A stretch of DNA of 64,000 nt from Acidobacteriota bacterium. GTDB taxonomy: Bacteria > Acidobacteriota > UBA6911 > RPQK01 > JAJDTT01. Positions 1 through 9,248 of this stretch are shown one piece after another. Each line of letters opens with the position of its first letter. Positions within the stretch are counted from its first letter, which is position 1. Position numbers and translations under genes: made by a program. The notes beneath the pieces were generated by a model that ran no database searches, had not been told where the DNA came from, and saw nothing but the letters and a program-made list of their open reading frames with translations. The stretch is taken from the NCBI GenBank assembly GCA_965222655.1, contig CBDCUP010000003.1, positions 103,932 through 167,931 on the forward strand. Direction: 5' to 3'.

Positions 1-11
1 GTCGTCCCGAG

Positions 12-1286
12 CTATCTGGCCTTTGCTTCGAGGTGGTCACTCCCATTGGTCAACCACTCAAGATTGAATCGAGCCAGGTCAATTCGCGTATCCGTCCCCC
101 AGTCTACCTCCGCCTTGCCGAACCTTCGTGGTGGGACGTTATAGGACAGAAGAACGGTCATGTCGGGTGCCACCGCAAGATCCGAGTAGCCCCCCGGTCC
201 AGCGGTGACTACTCTCGACACCGGCCAGGTGCGGCACTCGTCGTAGCTGACCCTCACGGTCATGTGGGACCTGGCATCTGTCTTGGAAGGATGGGCCAAC
301 AACACACGATTCTTTCGGAAGCTCTCTTGATCTGTGAAGCGCACCAGGCTGCCCTGACAGGACGGTTCCGGGAGAGTGGCGTCGTTCCGAACCTCGGACC
401 AGGTTTGCCCCCCATCAGGGCTCCGGGCATAGGCACGGCGGAACGTCCTCTGACGGCTGCGCATGTTCATGTAAAGAGACCCATCCATGGTCTCGACCAC
501 TTCACACTCATCGGAGGCATTTTCCGTGAGCGGCTCTCCTCGTTTCCAGGTGGCGCCGTGGTCATCGCTGAAGGTAACGTAAGACAGCTGCACGCTCTGG
601 CCCCGCCAATGCGAACTCCAGATGAGGGGCAGTGAGATGTGGAAGATCAGGTCCAGGAGCTTCTCGGACTCGGGTCCAATCTGACCAGCCCAGGGGATTA
701 GCGCAGGGGTGATGTCCGCCCAACTTGGGATCAGCAATCGGCCACTCTTCAGCTGAATCCCGTGCCCCGGACCCGTGCCGACATAGCCCCAGGCCGGGTC
801 TCTTGCAGAACCGGTAATGTCTACGGGTTCGGACCAGGTTGCACCTTCGTCGGTGCTCTTCATGACAAAGACGCTACGGTTGTTCTTGCAGAAGGGCAAC
901 CAGATCGTCCCGGTCTCTCTATCCACCACCGGGCACGTGTTCCCCATGGTATGAGGACCCTCGTCGACAATCACCTGCACGTCGGTCCAGGTCTTGCCGT
1001 AGTCAAAGCTCCGGCGCAGAACGACATCGATGTCATCCCAATCCCGGCAACTGCGCTTCCTGGCTTCAGCCAGGACAAGAACGGTACCCTTCGGCGAGAC
1101 GATCAGCGAACTGTTTCGATAGCAGACATAGCCGTTTTCTCCGGCTCGAAACAGGGTCAACGTTTCAAACAGGCTTTCCTGACTCTGGCCTCTCGCTTCA
1201 AGCGTGAGAATCCCCAGGTCGGCGCCTGCCACAAAGAAAACAGAGACGCAGCACAGTAACAGCCATCCTAGGCGGGAACGAACCAT
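12..1286 (-). CDS. Exo-alpha-sialidase (GH33, BNR/Asp-box repeats), secreted
   Basis: There are four Asp-box motifs (SFDYGKTW, STDEGATWS, SDDHGATWK, SPDGGQTWS). The protein is strongly paralogous to the ORFs at 40783..42072 and 50979..52136. The start at 1286 gives MVRSRLGWLLLCC, a signal peptide, and is preceded by AAGGAG with a 6-nt spacer. The track's extension to 1328 is rejected. Confidence 0.85.
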   Translation of the reverse strand: MVRSRLGWLLLCCVSVFFVAGADLGILTLEARGQSQESLFETLTLFRAGENGYVCYRNSSLIVSPKGTVLVLAEARKRSCRDWDDIDVVLRRSFDYGKTWTDVQVIVDEGPHTMGNTCPVVDRETGTIWLPFCKNNRSVFVMKSTDEGATWSEPVDITGSARDPAWGYVGTGPGHGIQLKSGRLLIPSWADITPALIPWAGQIGPESEKLLDLIFHISLPLIWSSHWRGQSVQLSYVTFSDDHGATWKRGEPLTENASDECEVVETMDGSLYMNMRSRQRTFRRAYARSPDGGQTWSEVRNDATLPEPSCQGSLVRFTDQESFRKNRVLLAHPSKTDARSHMTVRVSYDECRTWPVSRVVTAGPGGYSDLAVAPDMTVLLSYNVPPRRFGKAEVDWGTDTRIDLARFNLEWLTNGSDHLEAKAR

Positions 1287-1500
1287 AATGATCTCCTTGT
1301 CACTCATGGGAGCCAACTTGCTTGTCATTGTCGACCATCGAAGAGAGCCAAATCAAGGACAGCCGAGATTTTACTTCGCAGCTCATTTTCGGATTGTGTT
1401 TCCTCGCGGGCGCCCTATAGTCTTACTCGAAAGAGAATCGGGGCCTTCGGTTACCCTGAGTCGAGGTAATAGCTTCCGAGAGCACAAGGGAGATATCTAG

Positions 1501-4386
1501 ATGAGACAGCTTTACTTCCTCATGTGTGCGCTTGCAGCAACGCTGACATGCGCCTTTGGGGAGGGGCTGGTGAGCTCAACGAGACAGCGCCTCAATCTCG
1601 ATGGAGTCTGGCAATTTCAGCTGGATCCCGAAGATCAAGGCGAGAAACTGGGGTGGGGTTCTGACCCCAGGGCTCTCTCAAACACAATTCGTGTACCCGG
1701 TATTTGGCAAACACAAGGTTTCGGCGAACCCCGCGGCCAGCTCCGCCATGATTACCAGGGCGCGGTCTGGTACAAGCGCACCTTCACGATTCCGGCCGAG
1801 TGGAAGGGGCGCGAGATTTGGCTGCACGTCGGGGGCATCCTTCGTCGCGCCCAGATCTATCTCAATGGGAAGACGGTGGGCAGCTATGACGGAATGATGA
1901 CGGCCTTCAGGGTCGACCTGAGGGATGCTCTTCTTCCGGGCCAGTCCAACTCGTTGGTGATCCGGGTGGATAACCGGATGCGATCCGGAAAGTATACTCC
2001 GGTTCCCCAGGGTGCCACTCCTTCACGAAAGTGGGACTTCTCCTCTCCCCTGGGAGCCTTCAACTTCGTCGGAAACTGGGGAGGCATCTATCGCAGTGTC
2101 TTCCTAGAAAGCACAGAAAGAATCTGGGTCGATCAGCAGTCGGTGCAGACGGATATCGATCAGCAAAAAGTGACGGTTTCCGTCCTGATTGGGAATCGTT
2201 CTGTCCAGGCCAATCAGAAGGTGGAGGTCAGCGTCACTCTCACGGGACCCCGGGGCCAGGTGGTGGCCGAGGAGAGCCGCCATTGTATCCTCCGGGGAGG
2301 CGAATTGGAGCCGGTGTCACTGGGAATAAGGGTACCGGCAATGCATCTCTGGTCGCCGGAAGACCCGGCCCTGTATACCGTACGCACTCGCGTACAGCTC
2401 GGCCGGCAGACGCTTGATGAGGTCCACGGCAGGTTCGGTATCAGGAAACTGTCCAAGCGCGATAACATTCTCCTTCTGAACAACCGGCCTTACTATTTGA
2501 GAGGCTATTCAGTGGGGCGGGGTGATCCGTTGGAGGGGATGATCCCTGTCAGCAAGGAATACTATCTGAAGCAATTTCGACTGGCTAAAGATTATGGATT
2601 CAACCATGTTCGCTACCACTCGATGACTCCACCCCCGGAAGCCTTCGAGGCCGCAGACGAAGTTGGAATCCTCCTCCATGTCGAACTGCCGGTGATGTTC
2701 ACCGGCTGGCTCATGCCAAGCGCAGATCTGTTGCGGCGGGAGATGGAAAGAATCCTGCTGGCTCATCGCAATCATCCTTCGCTTTTTGCCGTGGCTCTCG
2801 GCAATGAGTTCAATCTCCACCGCGACTTTGACACTGAAATGGAGAAGTCGGCTTTCCTCACCACGGTTGAGGACCTGCACCGGCTGGGCAGGCGCCTGGC
2901 CCCTCACATCTTCATCATGTCCAATGCCGGATATCCTCTTTTCCCCAGCGACCTGATAGCCAGCTATAAAGGCACCATCGCGGGTGTCCCTACGCTCAAA
3001 CACGAGTCCGGTGGCTATCACGACTCCTTGCCGGACATCGACCTGGCAGAGAGATTCACGGGGGTACTCAAATCAGACCAGCTGGCCGAGCGCGGCCGTT
3101 GGGTGGAGGAGAACGGCCTGAAAGCAATCTATCCGACACTGCGAAAACACTCGGAACGACTCCAGCAGATGGTGCGAAAATGGCATTTTGAGAGGGTGCG
3201 GAGCATACCGGAATTCTCCGGTTACCAATTCTGGCTGCTCATCGATTCTCCCGCCGACCACTACCAGGACTCCTGGGAAGACGGGCTTCTGAACTACTTT
3301 GGCGAGCCCAAGGCAATCACCAGACAGGAAATGCAGCAGATCAATGCACCGACTGTGGTTCTTATCGGCAGCGGAGTAGAGGATCGCGCCTTCTGGGCCG
3401 ACCGGGGAAAAACGGTTGACCTGTCCATATCCCACTACTCTTCCAAAGATCTTCAGAAGGCCAGGCTCGATTGGAAGCTCAAGCTGGAAGGGAAGACACT
3501 TCACCAGGGAACCGCCGAAAACATTCGGATCCGTACAGGGCAAGTGAAATACGTCACCACCGCTTCCATCCCCCCTCTTGCTCTTGAGCGCGCCACGCGG
3601 TTGGAGTTGTGGGTGGAATTGAAAGAAGACGATTTTCGACAAACCAATCATTGGAGCTTTTGGGCCTTTCCCAACACCGTCCTGGAGCGGGCCCAGGGAC
3701 TGATCAGCCTGAAGGGGGTGCGATCGGATTATCTGAAGCAGCGCTACCCATTCCTGACCGAATCTTCCAGGATTTCGCCTGAGGCCATGTTGGTGATCGC
3801 ATCACGATTGGACTGGAGCGTTTTCGACTACCTCCGCCGAGGGGGACGGGTGTTCTTGATGGTCGAACCCAATCAGTTTGACGAGCAAGTGGCGACGGAC
3901 TATTTTCCATTCATGGGCAAGTCGATTGGCACCTATGTCGACCCCAAACATCCTGCACTCGTAAACTACCCGCACCAGGGCTATTGCGATCTTCAATTCT
4001 TTGATCTCCTGGAAGGCGGCACCGCTCTCCGAATACCGGAATCTGCTGAGCTTTGGATGACCAGTGTGGGAGGTGACTTGGGACAGGGGAGACGCGACAG
4101 GCGAGTTGCCGAGCGAATTACGCCGATCGTCTGGGGACTGCAAAACAGAGGGGGAAGCTCGGGCGGCGGTTACCGCCGACTGGCCTGGCTGTCGGAGACC
4201 GGAGTGGGGGAGGGAAAGCTCCTCATCTGCACCCTACGACTGCGCGAGAATCTGGACGACGCTCGACCGGCAACCGTCTATCTATTCGACACCTTACTCC
4301 GATACGCGTTGTCTCCCGATTTCGCACCTGCCGGGTCCATTTCTGAAGAGGAGCTATCCGGCTTGTTGACACCCTACCTTCATTAA
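1501..4386 (+). CDS. Glycoside hydrolase family 2-like (beta-galactosidase/beta-glucuronidase type), secreted
   Basis: 961 aa with an N-terminal signal peptide. The GH2 sugar-binding-domain motif (WQTQGFGEPRG...YQGAVWYKRTF...LHVGGI....IYLNG) is followed by a TIM-barrel region. AAGGGAG lies upstream. Confidence 0.7.
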   Translation: MRQLYFLMCALAATLTCAFGEGLVSSTRQRLNLDGVWQFQLDPEDQGEKLGWGSDPRALSNTIRVPGIWQTQGFGEPRGQLRHDYQGAVWYKRTFTIPAEWKGREIWLHVGGILRRAQIYLNGKTVGSYDGMMTAFRVDLRDALLPGQSNSLVIRVDNRMRSGKYTPVPQGATPSRKWDFSSPLGAFNFVGNWGGIYRSVFLESTERIWVDQQSVQTDIDQQKVTVSVLIGNRSVQANQKVEVSVTLTGPRGQVVAEESRHCILRGGELEPVSLGIRVPAMHLWSPEDPALYTVRTRVQLGRQTLDEVHGRFGIRKLSKRDNILLLNNRPYYLRGYSVGRGDPLEGMIPVSKEYYLKQFRLAKDYGFNHVRYHSMTPPPEAFEAADEVGILLHVELPVMFTGWLMPSADLLRREMERILLAHRNHPSLFAVALGNEFNLHRDFDTEMEKSAFLTTVEDLHRLGRRLAPHIFIMSNAGYPLFPSDLIASYKGTIAGVPTLKHESGGYHDSLPDIDLAERFTGVLKSDQLAERGRWVEENGLKAIYPTLRKHSERLQQMVRKWHFERVRSIPEFSGYQFWLLIDSPADHYQDSWEDGLLNYFGEPKAITRQEMQQINAPTVVLIGSGVEDRAFWADRGKTVDLSISHYSSKDLQKARLDWKLKLEGKTLHQGTAENIRIRTGQVKYVTTASIPPLALERATRLELWVELKEDDFRQTNHWSFWAFPNTVLERAQGLISLKGVRSDYLKQRYPFLTESSRISPEAMLVIASRLDWSVFDYLRRGGRVFLMVEPNQFDEQVATDYFPFMGKSIGTYVDPKHPALVNYPHQGYCDLQFFDLLEGGTALRIPESAELWMTSVGGDLGQGRRDRRVAERITPIVWGLQNRGGSSGGGYRRLAWLSETGVGEGKLLICTLRLRENLDDARPATVYLFDTLLRYALSPDFAPAGSISEEELSGLLTPYLH

Positions 4387-4410
4387 CCTTACAACATCGA
4401 ACCGTGCACC

Positions 4411-5424
4411 ATGGTTGTGGATAAAGAATCCGTTGAGTTGGGCTTGATTGGCTGCGGGGGATTCGGCAGTCACCTTGCCACCGAGATTTTTCAGGATGTT
4501 GAAGGGCTGAGACTGGGGGCGGTCTATGACGTTGACCGTCCTGCGGCCCAGCGTCTGGGAGAGCAGCTGGCCGTCCCGGTGGTCAGTTGTGTCGAGGAAA
4601 TGTTCGGTATCCCTTCAGCGGATGCGGTTTTAATTGCCACACCGCACGATACCCACGAACGGCTGACTGTGATGGCGGCCGAAGCCGGCAAGCACATCTT
4701 CTGTGAGAAGGCGATGGCACGCACTGTGGACGAATGTCGTGTCATGATCGAGGCGGCCGAGATCCATGGAGTCAAGCTCATGGTGGGCCATAAGCGGCGC
4801 CTACGACCCGAGTACGCGCGACTGGCGGAAATCGTGCACAGCGGACGATTGGGAAAACCGGTTGCGGCAACCGTAACCGGCTTTCACTATTCGGACTACT
4901 ATCGGGGATGGTGGTCGGAGAAGAGGCGCTCGGGGGGAGAATTGCACTGTGCCGGTGCACACGATCTCGACTTCCTGCGGTTCCTCATGGGGGATGTGCA
5001 AACCGTCTTCGCGGTTGAGGGGCCGCGAATCAGCAGCGAGCATGATTGGCCAGATAGTATCCTGGTGACGCTGCAGTTTCGCAGCGGTGCGGTCGGCAGT
5101 CTTCAGATCGCGTTCAACTATCCGATGCTTTCCTTCCAGAACTCCTTTGCTACGCGAATAGCATGCGAGAGGGGGGCTGTCTGGTACGATCCTGAGCAGA
5201 TTACTGTGGCCTGGCAGGAAATCGGAGAAGAAGAACAAGAGGTGAAATTTTCGGATCACGGCTACAATGAAGCCTACCGTTTGGAACTGAAGAACTTTGT
5301 CGAATGGATCCAGCAAGATGCGGAGCCAGTCCTGACCGCAGAGAACGGACTTCGGTGTGTAGAACTGATGCAAGCCGCCTATCAGTCTGCTGCGGATGGA
5401 AAACCCATCCATTTGCCGCTCTAG
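4411..5424 (+). CDS. Gfo/Idh/MocA family NAD(P)-dependent oxidoreductase (sugar dehydrogenase-like)
   Basis: GLIGCGGFG Rossmann motif at the N-terminus, plus the EKAMA..........GHKRR pattern typical of the family. Confidence 0.8.
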   Translation: MVVDKESVELGLIGCGGFGSHLATEIFQDVEGLRLGAVYDVDRPAAQRLGEQLAVPVVSCVEEMFGIPSADAVLIATPHDTHERLTVMAAEAGKHIFCEKAMARTVDECRVMIEAAEIHGVKLMVGHKRRLRPEYARLAEIVHSGRLGKPVAATVTGFHYSDYYRGWWSEKRRSGGELHCAGAHDLDFLRFLMGDVQTVFAVEGPRISSEHDWPDSILVTLQFRSGAVGSLQIAFNYPMLSFQNSFATRIACERGAVWYDPEQITVAWQEIGEEEQEVKFSDHGYNEAYRLELKNFVEWIQQDAEPVLTAENGLRCVELMQAAYQSAADGKPIHLPL

Positions 5425-5481
5425 AGGCCGATTCAGCGGGCTTTCACGGCCTGGAAGCAGCCTCTTAGAAAGGGGAAAGAG

Positions 5482-6327
5482 ATGATTATTGATGTCCATT
5501 GCCACCTGGGAAAGTCGGAGTATCTAAAGCCGGATATCAAGGAAGAGGAGAAGAGGATCTCGGGAGGAAAGGAGCCACACTACGCCAGTGATGAGGAGGT
5601 GGCTGAAACGATCCGAGCACAGGTAGATCGGGCCATCCTCCTTCCCTTCCATTGGAGCCAACTAGGCGTCCATGTGAGCAACGAACGCGCCGCCGAATTC
5701 GTCGAAAAATACTCGGATACGTTTATCGGCTTCCTCTCGGTGGATCCACACTTGCCCGAAGCCTACGAGGATCTCAAGAAAGGGTTTTTCGAACTGGGAC
5801 TCAAGGGGGTGAAGATGAGCGCCATCTATCAGAACTTTGATCCCCTGGACGATAGGATGAAGCCCATTTACGCGTTCGCGGAGAAGCACGGTCTGCCAAT
5901 GATGCTGCATCAGGCGACGGTTCCGTTCCGTCGCTCTCTTTTGAAGTACGCGAGTCCCGCGTTGTTCGACGAGGTGGCGCTGGAATTTCCCAACCTGAAG
6001 ATGATCATGGCTCATATGGGACACCCCTGGGTCGAGGACTGCATCGTCATGGTTCGAAAGCATCCTCACGTCTACGCCGACGTCTCGGGGGTCTTACTGC
6101 GGCCCTGGATGGCCTATAACTTCCTCCGCTTGGCCACTGAGTGGGGGATATTGGACAAACTCCTTTTCGGGTCCGATTACCCCTTCGTGATGACCCCTCA
6201 AGAGACCATCGACCGCCTTCGCGGCATCAACGACATCTTGGAGGGCACCAAACTGCCACGGGTGCCGGAAGATGCGATCGAGAAGATCATCCACAGGGAT
6301 TCCTTGGCGATGCTCGGGTTAGAGTAG
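5482..6327 (+). CDS. Amidohydrolase_2 family metal-dependent hydrolase (candidate sugar lactonase)
   Basis: The N-terminus MIIDVHCHLG is the hallmark of amidohydrolase 2 TIM-barrel enzymes, a family that includes L-fucono- and L-rhamnono-lactonases. A GGGAAAGAG ribosome-binding site lies upstream. Confidence 0.7.
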   Translation: MIIDVHCHLGKSEYLKPDIKEEEKRISGGKEPHYASDEEVAETIRAQVDRAILLPFHWSQLGVHVSNERAAEFVEKYSDTFIGFLSVDPHLPEAYEDLKKGFFELGLKGVKMSAIYQNFDPLDDRMKPIYAFAEKHGLPMMLHQATVPFRRSLLKYASPALFDEVALEFPNLKMIMAHMGHPWVEDCIVMVRKHPHVYADVSGVLLRPWMAYNFLRLATEWGILDKLLFGSDYPFVMTPQETIDRLRGINDILEGTKLPRVPEDAIEKIIHRDSLAMLGLE

Positions 6328-6392
6328 CAGGACAACCGGTCCAAACGGGGACCCATTGCACCAAATGTTCTGTGATAGACGATCGAACAGAA

Positions 6393-7625
6393 ATGGCTAC
6401 TGATAGCTCTGAAGTAAACAAGGTTACAGTCCTGACCGTCAGTATTGGACTGGCCTTCTTGAGTGGCGCCACCATCAACTGGCTACCCGTCACTTACGCC
6501 CACTTTGAGAGAGAATTCGCTGCAGGGCTCCAGGCACAGGGCAGCACTTGGGGTCTTTTCTTCGTGGGTGGGATCGTCATTGCTGCGCTCGGCGGATGGC
6601 TCACCAAAAGCTTGGGCCTGAAACGAGCGGCGTCTGGCACCCTCTTGGTGCTCGGCCTCGGCATGTCGATCGTCGGGGGAGCACCACTCTTTGGGGTGTT
6701 GTTGATAGGGTGCTTTCTATTCGGCATGGGCATGAACTGGATGACGATCGTCTACAGCACCCTCATCTCCTCTCATTTCCAAGAGCGCCGCCAGTCGCTC
6801 TTCCTCTGGGCCAACGCCGCCCTGTCCGGAGGGTCTTTCCTGACTCTGCCTCTGCTCGGAATCTGGTTCGAGCACACGGAATACACGGGCGGATGGCGCT
6901 CCGCTTATTTGGGTCTGGGTGCGGGCGCGATCCTTGGAGGTGGATTGTTGTTTTGGTTGTGTAGCAGTCTGGAACCGGTCGCGACGGCCGAAGAGGAAAC
7001 GGGCACTAAAGAGTCCAGCGGTCTCAAATCCCTGCTGGGTCAGGGTGGGTTCTGGTTGATTGGGCTGTGCTTTTTTCTCTACGCCATGGCCCAGCTGGCA
7101 ATCTGTTCCTGGGTAGGACAGCTCTACCGCTACCGACTTTCAATCGACGATGCCCAGGCGGGTTCCCTGCTCGGGTTCAATTCACTCGGATACTTGATCG
7201 GACTGCTGATTCTCTCCTGGCTCTCCAGCAGGCGCAACTACAATGACCGTCTCCTGCTGGCGGTCTGCTGCGGAAGCGCCACCGTCGTTCTGATCGCCGT
7301 CATACTGAGTCAGGAATATACACTCGGTTTGGTTCTCATGACGCTGGAAGGAGCCACCATTGCCGGAAGTGGTCCCGCCATTTTCTCGTTTGTGGGCGCT
7401 CGTTTCCAGAAAGAAGGAGCCCTCGCTTTCGCCCTGTTGGTTGGTTTCTCCCAAGTGGGTGCTTCGGCCGGACCCTATTCGGTGGGATTCCTGGGAGAGA
7501 GACTCGGAGGGCTGGAGACCGCGATTTGGATCGTGCCCTTTCTAAGTGCGGTGGTAGCGCTGTTGAGCCTGACTTGGGAGTTCGGGGACAGGAAGCGACG
7601 AGGCAAGGCTCAAGGGGCGGCTTGA
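6393..7625 (+). CDS. MFS transporter
   Basis: About 410 aa with 12 predicted hydrophobic segments. The start is re-assigned to the ATG at 6393 (MATDSSEV); the track ORF runs from 6141 through the 3' end of the upstream gene. Confidence 0.75.
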   Translation: MATDSSEVNKVTVLTVSIGLAFLSGATINWLPVTYAHFEREFAAGLQAQGSTWGLFFVGGIVIAALGGWLTKSLGLKRAASGTLLVLGLGMSIVGGAPLFGVLLIGCFLFGMGMNWMTIVYSTLISSHFQERRQSLFLWANAALSGGSFLTLPLLGIWFEHTEYTGGWRSAYLGLGAGAILGGGLLFWLCSSLEPVATAEEETGTKESSGLKSLLGQGGFWLIGLCFFLYAMAQLAICSWVGQLYRYRLSIDDAQAGSLLGFNSLGYLIGLLILSWLSSRRNYNDRLLLAVCCGSATVVLIAVILSQEYTLGLVLMTLEGATIAGSGPAIFSFVGARFQKEGALAFALLVGFSQVGASAGPYSVGFLGERLGGLETAIWIVPFLSAVVALLSLTWEFGDRKRRGKAQGAA

Positions 7626-7640
7626 AGGTGGAGGAAGAAG

Positions 7641-8827
7641 ATGGAACGGATGCGTATCACGGGACTGCAGACCTTTCTGGTGAACGCGCATTGGCGCAAC
7701 TGGACGATCGTGCGGCTGGATACCGACAGCGGTCTGTCCGGCTACGGGGAAGGGACACTCGAGGGCCGTGAACAGACTGTCGAGACTGCCATCCGCGAGC
7801 TGGAGCGCTACCTGGTGGGCAAGGATCCCTTTCAGATCGAGCGCCACTTCCAGGAAATGTACCGACGAGCCTTCTGGACCGGGGGGGCCGTGCTCAACAG
7901 CGCCATCAGCGCAGTGGACATGGCACTTTGGGACATCAAGGGCAAGGCCCTGGGTGTTCCGGTCTACGAGCTCCTGGGTGGCCGGGTGCGTGACCGGATC
8001 AAGCTTTATGCCAACGCCTGGTACAAAGGTGGGGCTTCACCGGAAGAGATGGCGGATCAGGCCAAAGAGACAATAGCCCGGGATTCAAGGGACTCAAGTT
8101 CAACCCTTTTATACGCCGTGAGGGCTACGACTTCTACCGCCTGGACAACGACATCCTCTGGACCGGTGTCGACTGCGTTGCAGCCGTGAGAGAGGCGATA
8201 GGTCCCAGCATCGATCTCTACATCGACTGCAACGGTGTCTTCAACACGGTCGGGAACGCGGTCCGGGTAGCAAAGCTACTGGAGCCGTATAACATCGGCT
8301 TTATAGAGGAGCCGATCCCGCACGAGAACCTCTCGGAGATGGCTTACTTCCGCCGCAAGGTCAATATCCCTGTGGCAACCGGGGAACGTCTCTTCACGAC
8401 ATTTACGTTCCAGCAGCTCCTGGAGATTGAAGGTGCGGATATAGTTCAGCCTGATCTCTGCCATTGCGGCGGAATCTGGGAAGCTCGCAAGATTGCCGCC
8501 ATCGCCGACACTCACTATGTGGCCATGGCGCCCCACAACCCCAACGGCGCCGTCGGCCATAGCGCCACCGTCCAACTTGCCGCCTCTGTTCCGAACTTTC
8601 TGGTACTGGAATACTTCCCTCCCGAGAGCTGGCGCGAAAGTGTCGTTTCCGATTCTTTTGCAATTGAGGATGGCTGGCTGGAGATTGCCGACCGGCCTGG
8701 CCTCGGAATCGAATTCAATGAAGAGGAAGCAGCCAAGCGTCCCTACCAGCCTGTCGATCTATACGATCTGCACCGCAAGGAGTTCGAGCTGCACGTCCCC
8801 GGATTCGAGGAAGGGCCGGAGGAATGA
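7641..8827 (+). pseudogene. Enolase-superfamily sugar-acid dehydratase (D-galactonate/D-mannonate dehydratase-like), interrupted by a -1 frameshift near 8079-8083
   Basis: N-terminal part 7641..8189 ends in nonsense (TIARDSRDSSS...). The C-terminal part continues in the frame of ORF 8186..8827, with homologous sequence (GFKGLKFNPFIRREGYDFYRLDNDILWTGVDCVAAVREAIGPS) already readable upstream of 8186. The shift falls in the homopolymer run gcccggg at about 8076-8083. Confidence 0.75.
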
Positions 8828-8845
8828 TTGTCCACAAATCAAGCA

Positions 8846-9034
8846 CTTAGGGCTCGCGCAAGAATAACTTCGCAGAGCTGGCGCTCAGCTTTGCGCCAGA
8901 TTTGGTCGCGAACGATTGAGCGAAACCGCAGGCGTAGCCGGGCCTACGTTGAGGATTTTGTGATTGAGGAGCGGCCGAAGATGGTGTGAAGATGAGATGC
9001 CAGAATGTGAAGTTATTTTTGCGCGAGCCCTTAG
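8846..9034. repeat. MITE-like element with 26-bp terminal inverted repeats
   Basis: Left arm cttagggctcgcgcaagaataacttc (8846-8871) is the reverse complement of right arm gaagttatttttgcgcgagcccttag (9009-9034), with 1 mismatch. Internal hairpins lie at ctggcgc..gcgccag and cgtag-ccgggc-ctacg. The element sits between convergent genes. Confidence 0.5.
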
Positions 9035-9248
9035 ACGATCACATAGTGCTGGAACGTCTCTGCCGCCTGGCCCGGCTCTTTTGCCTCAATCGTCAGTCGA
9101 TGGCGGCCTTTGGATAGTGTCTCGCCCGGGATCGTCCATTCCCAGTGATGGGCTGGCTTGAGATTGGCGAAATACACCGAACTTGCCGAAGGTCTTAACA
9201 GTCTCGGAATTTCAATCAAGTGAGCTGTTCTCTGAGACCGCCCTTTCG

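Noticed and set aside
33-1259. Plus-strand ORFs 33..635 and 762..1259 overlapping the sialidase gene
   Set aside because: These are antisense shadow ORFs, typical of high-GC DNA. The opposite strand encodes a protein with clear GH33 Asp-box motifs, and the shadow ORFs have no family resemblance.
6141-6392. Track ORF N-terminal extensions (6141, 13038, 14884, 30326, 42236, 46137, 50790, 52142, 55569)
   Set aside because: The extensions run through the 3' ends of upstream genes and lack signal peptides. Internal ATG, GTG or TTG starts preceded by SD-like motifs and followed by Sec, Tat or lipoprotein signals were preferred.
8964-9161. 65-codon ORF inside the MITE-like element
   Set aside because: It lies entirely within a terminal-inverted-repeat element and has no ribosome-binding site and no homology; it is most likely non-coding.
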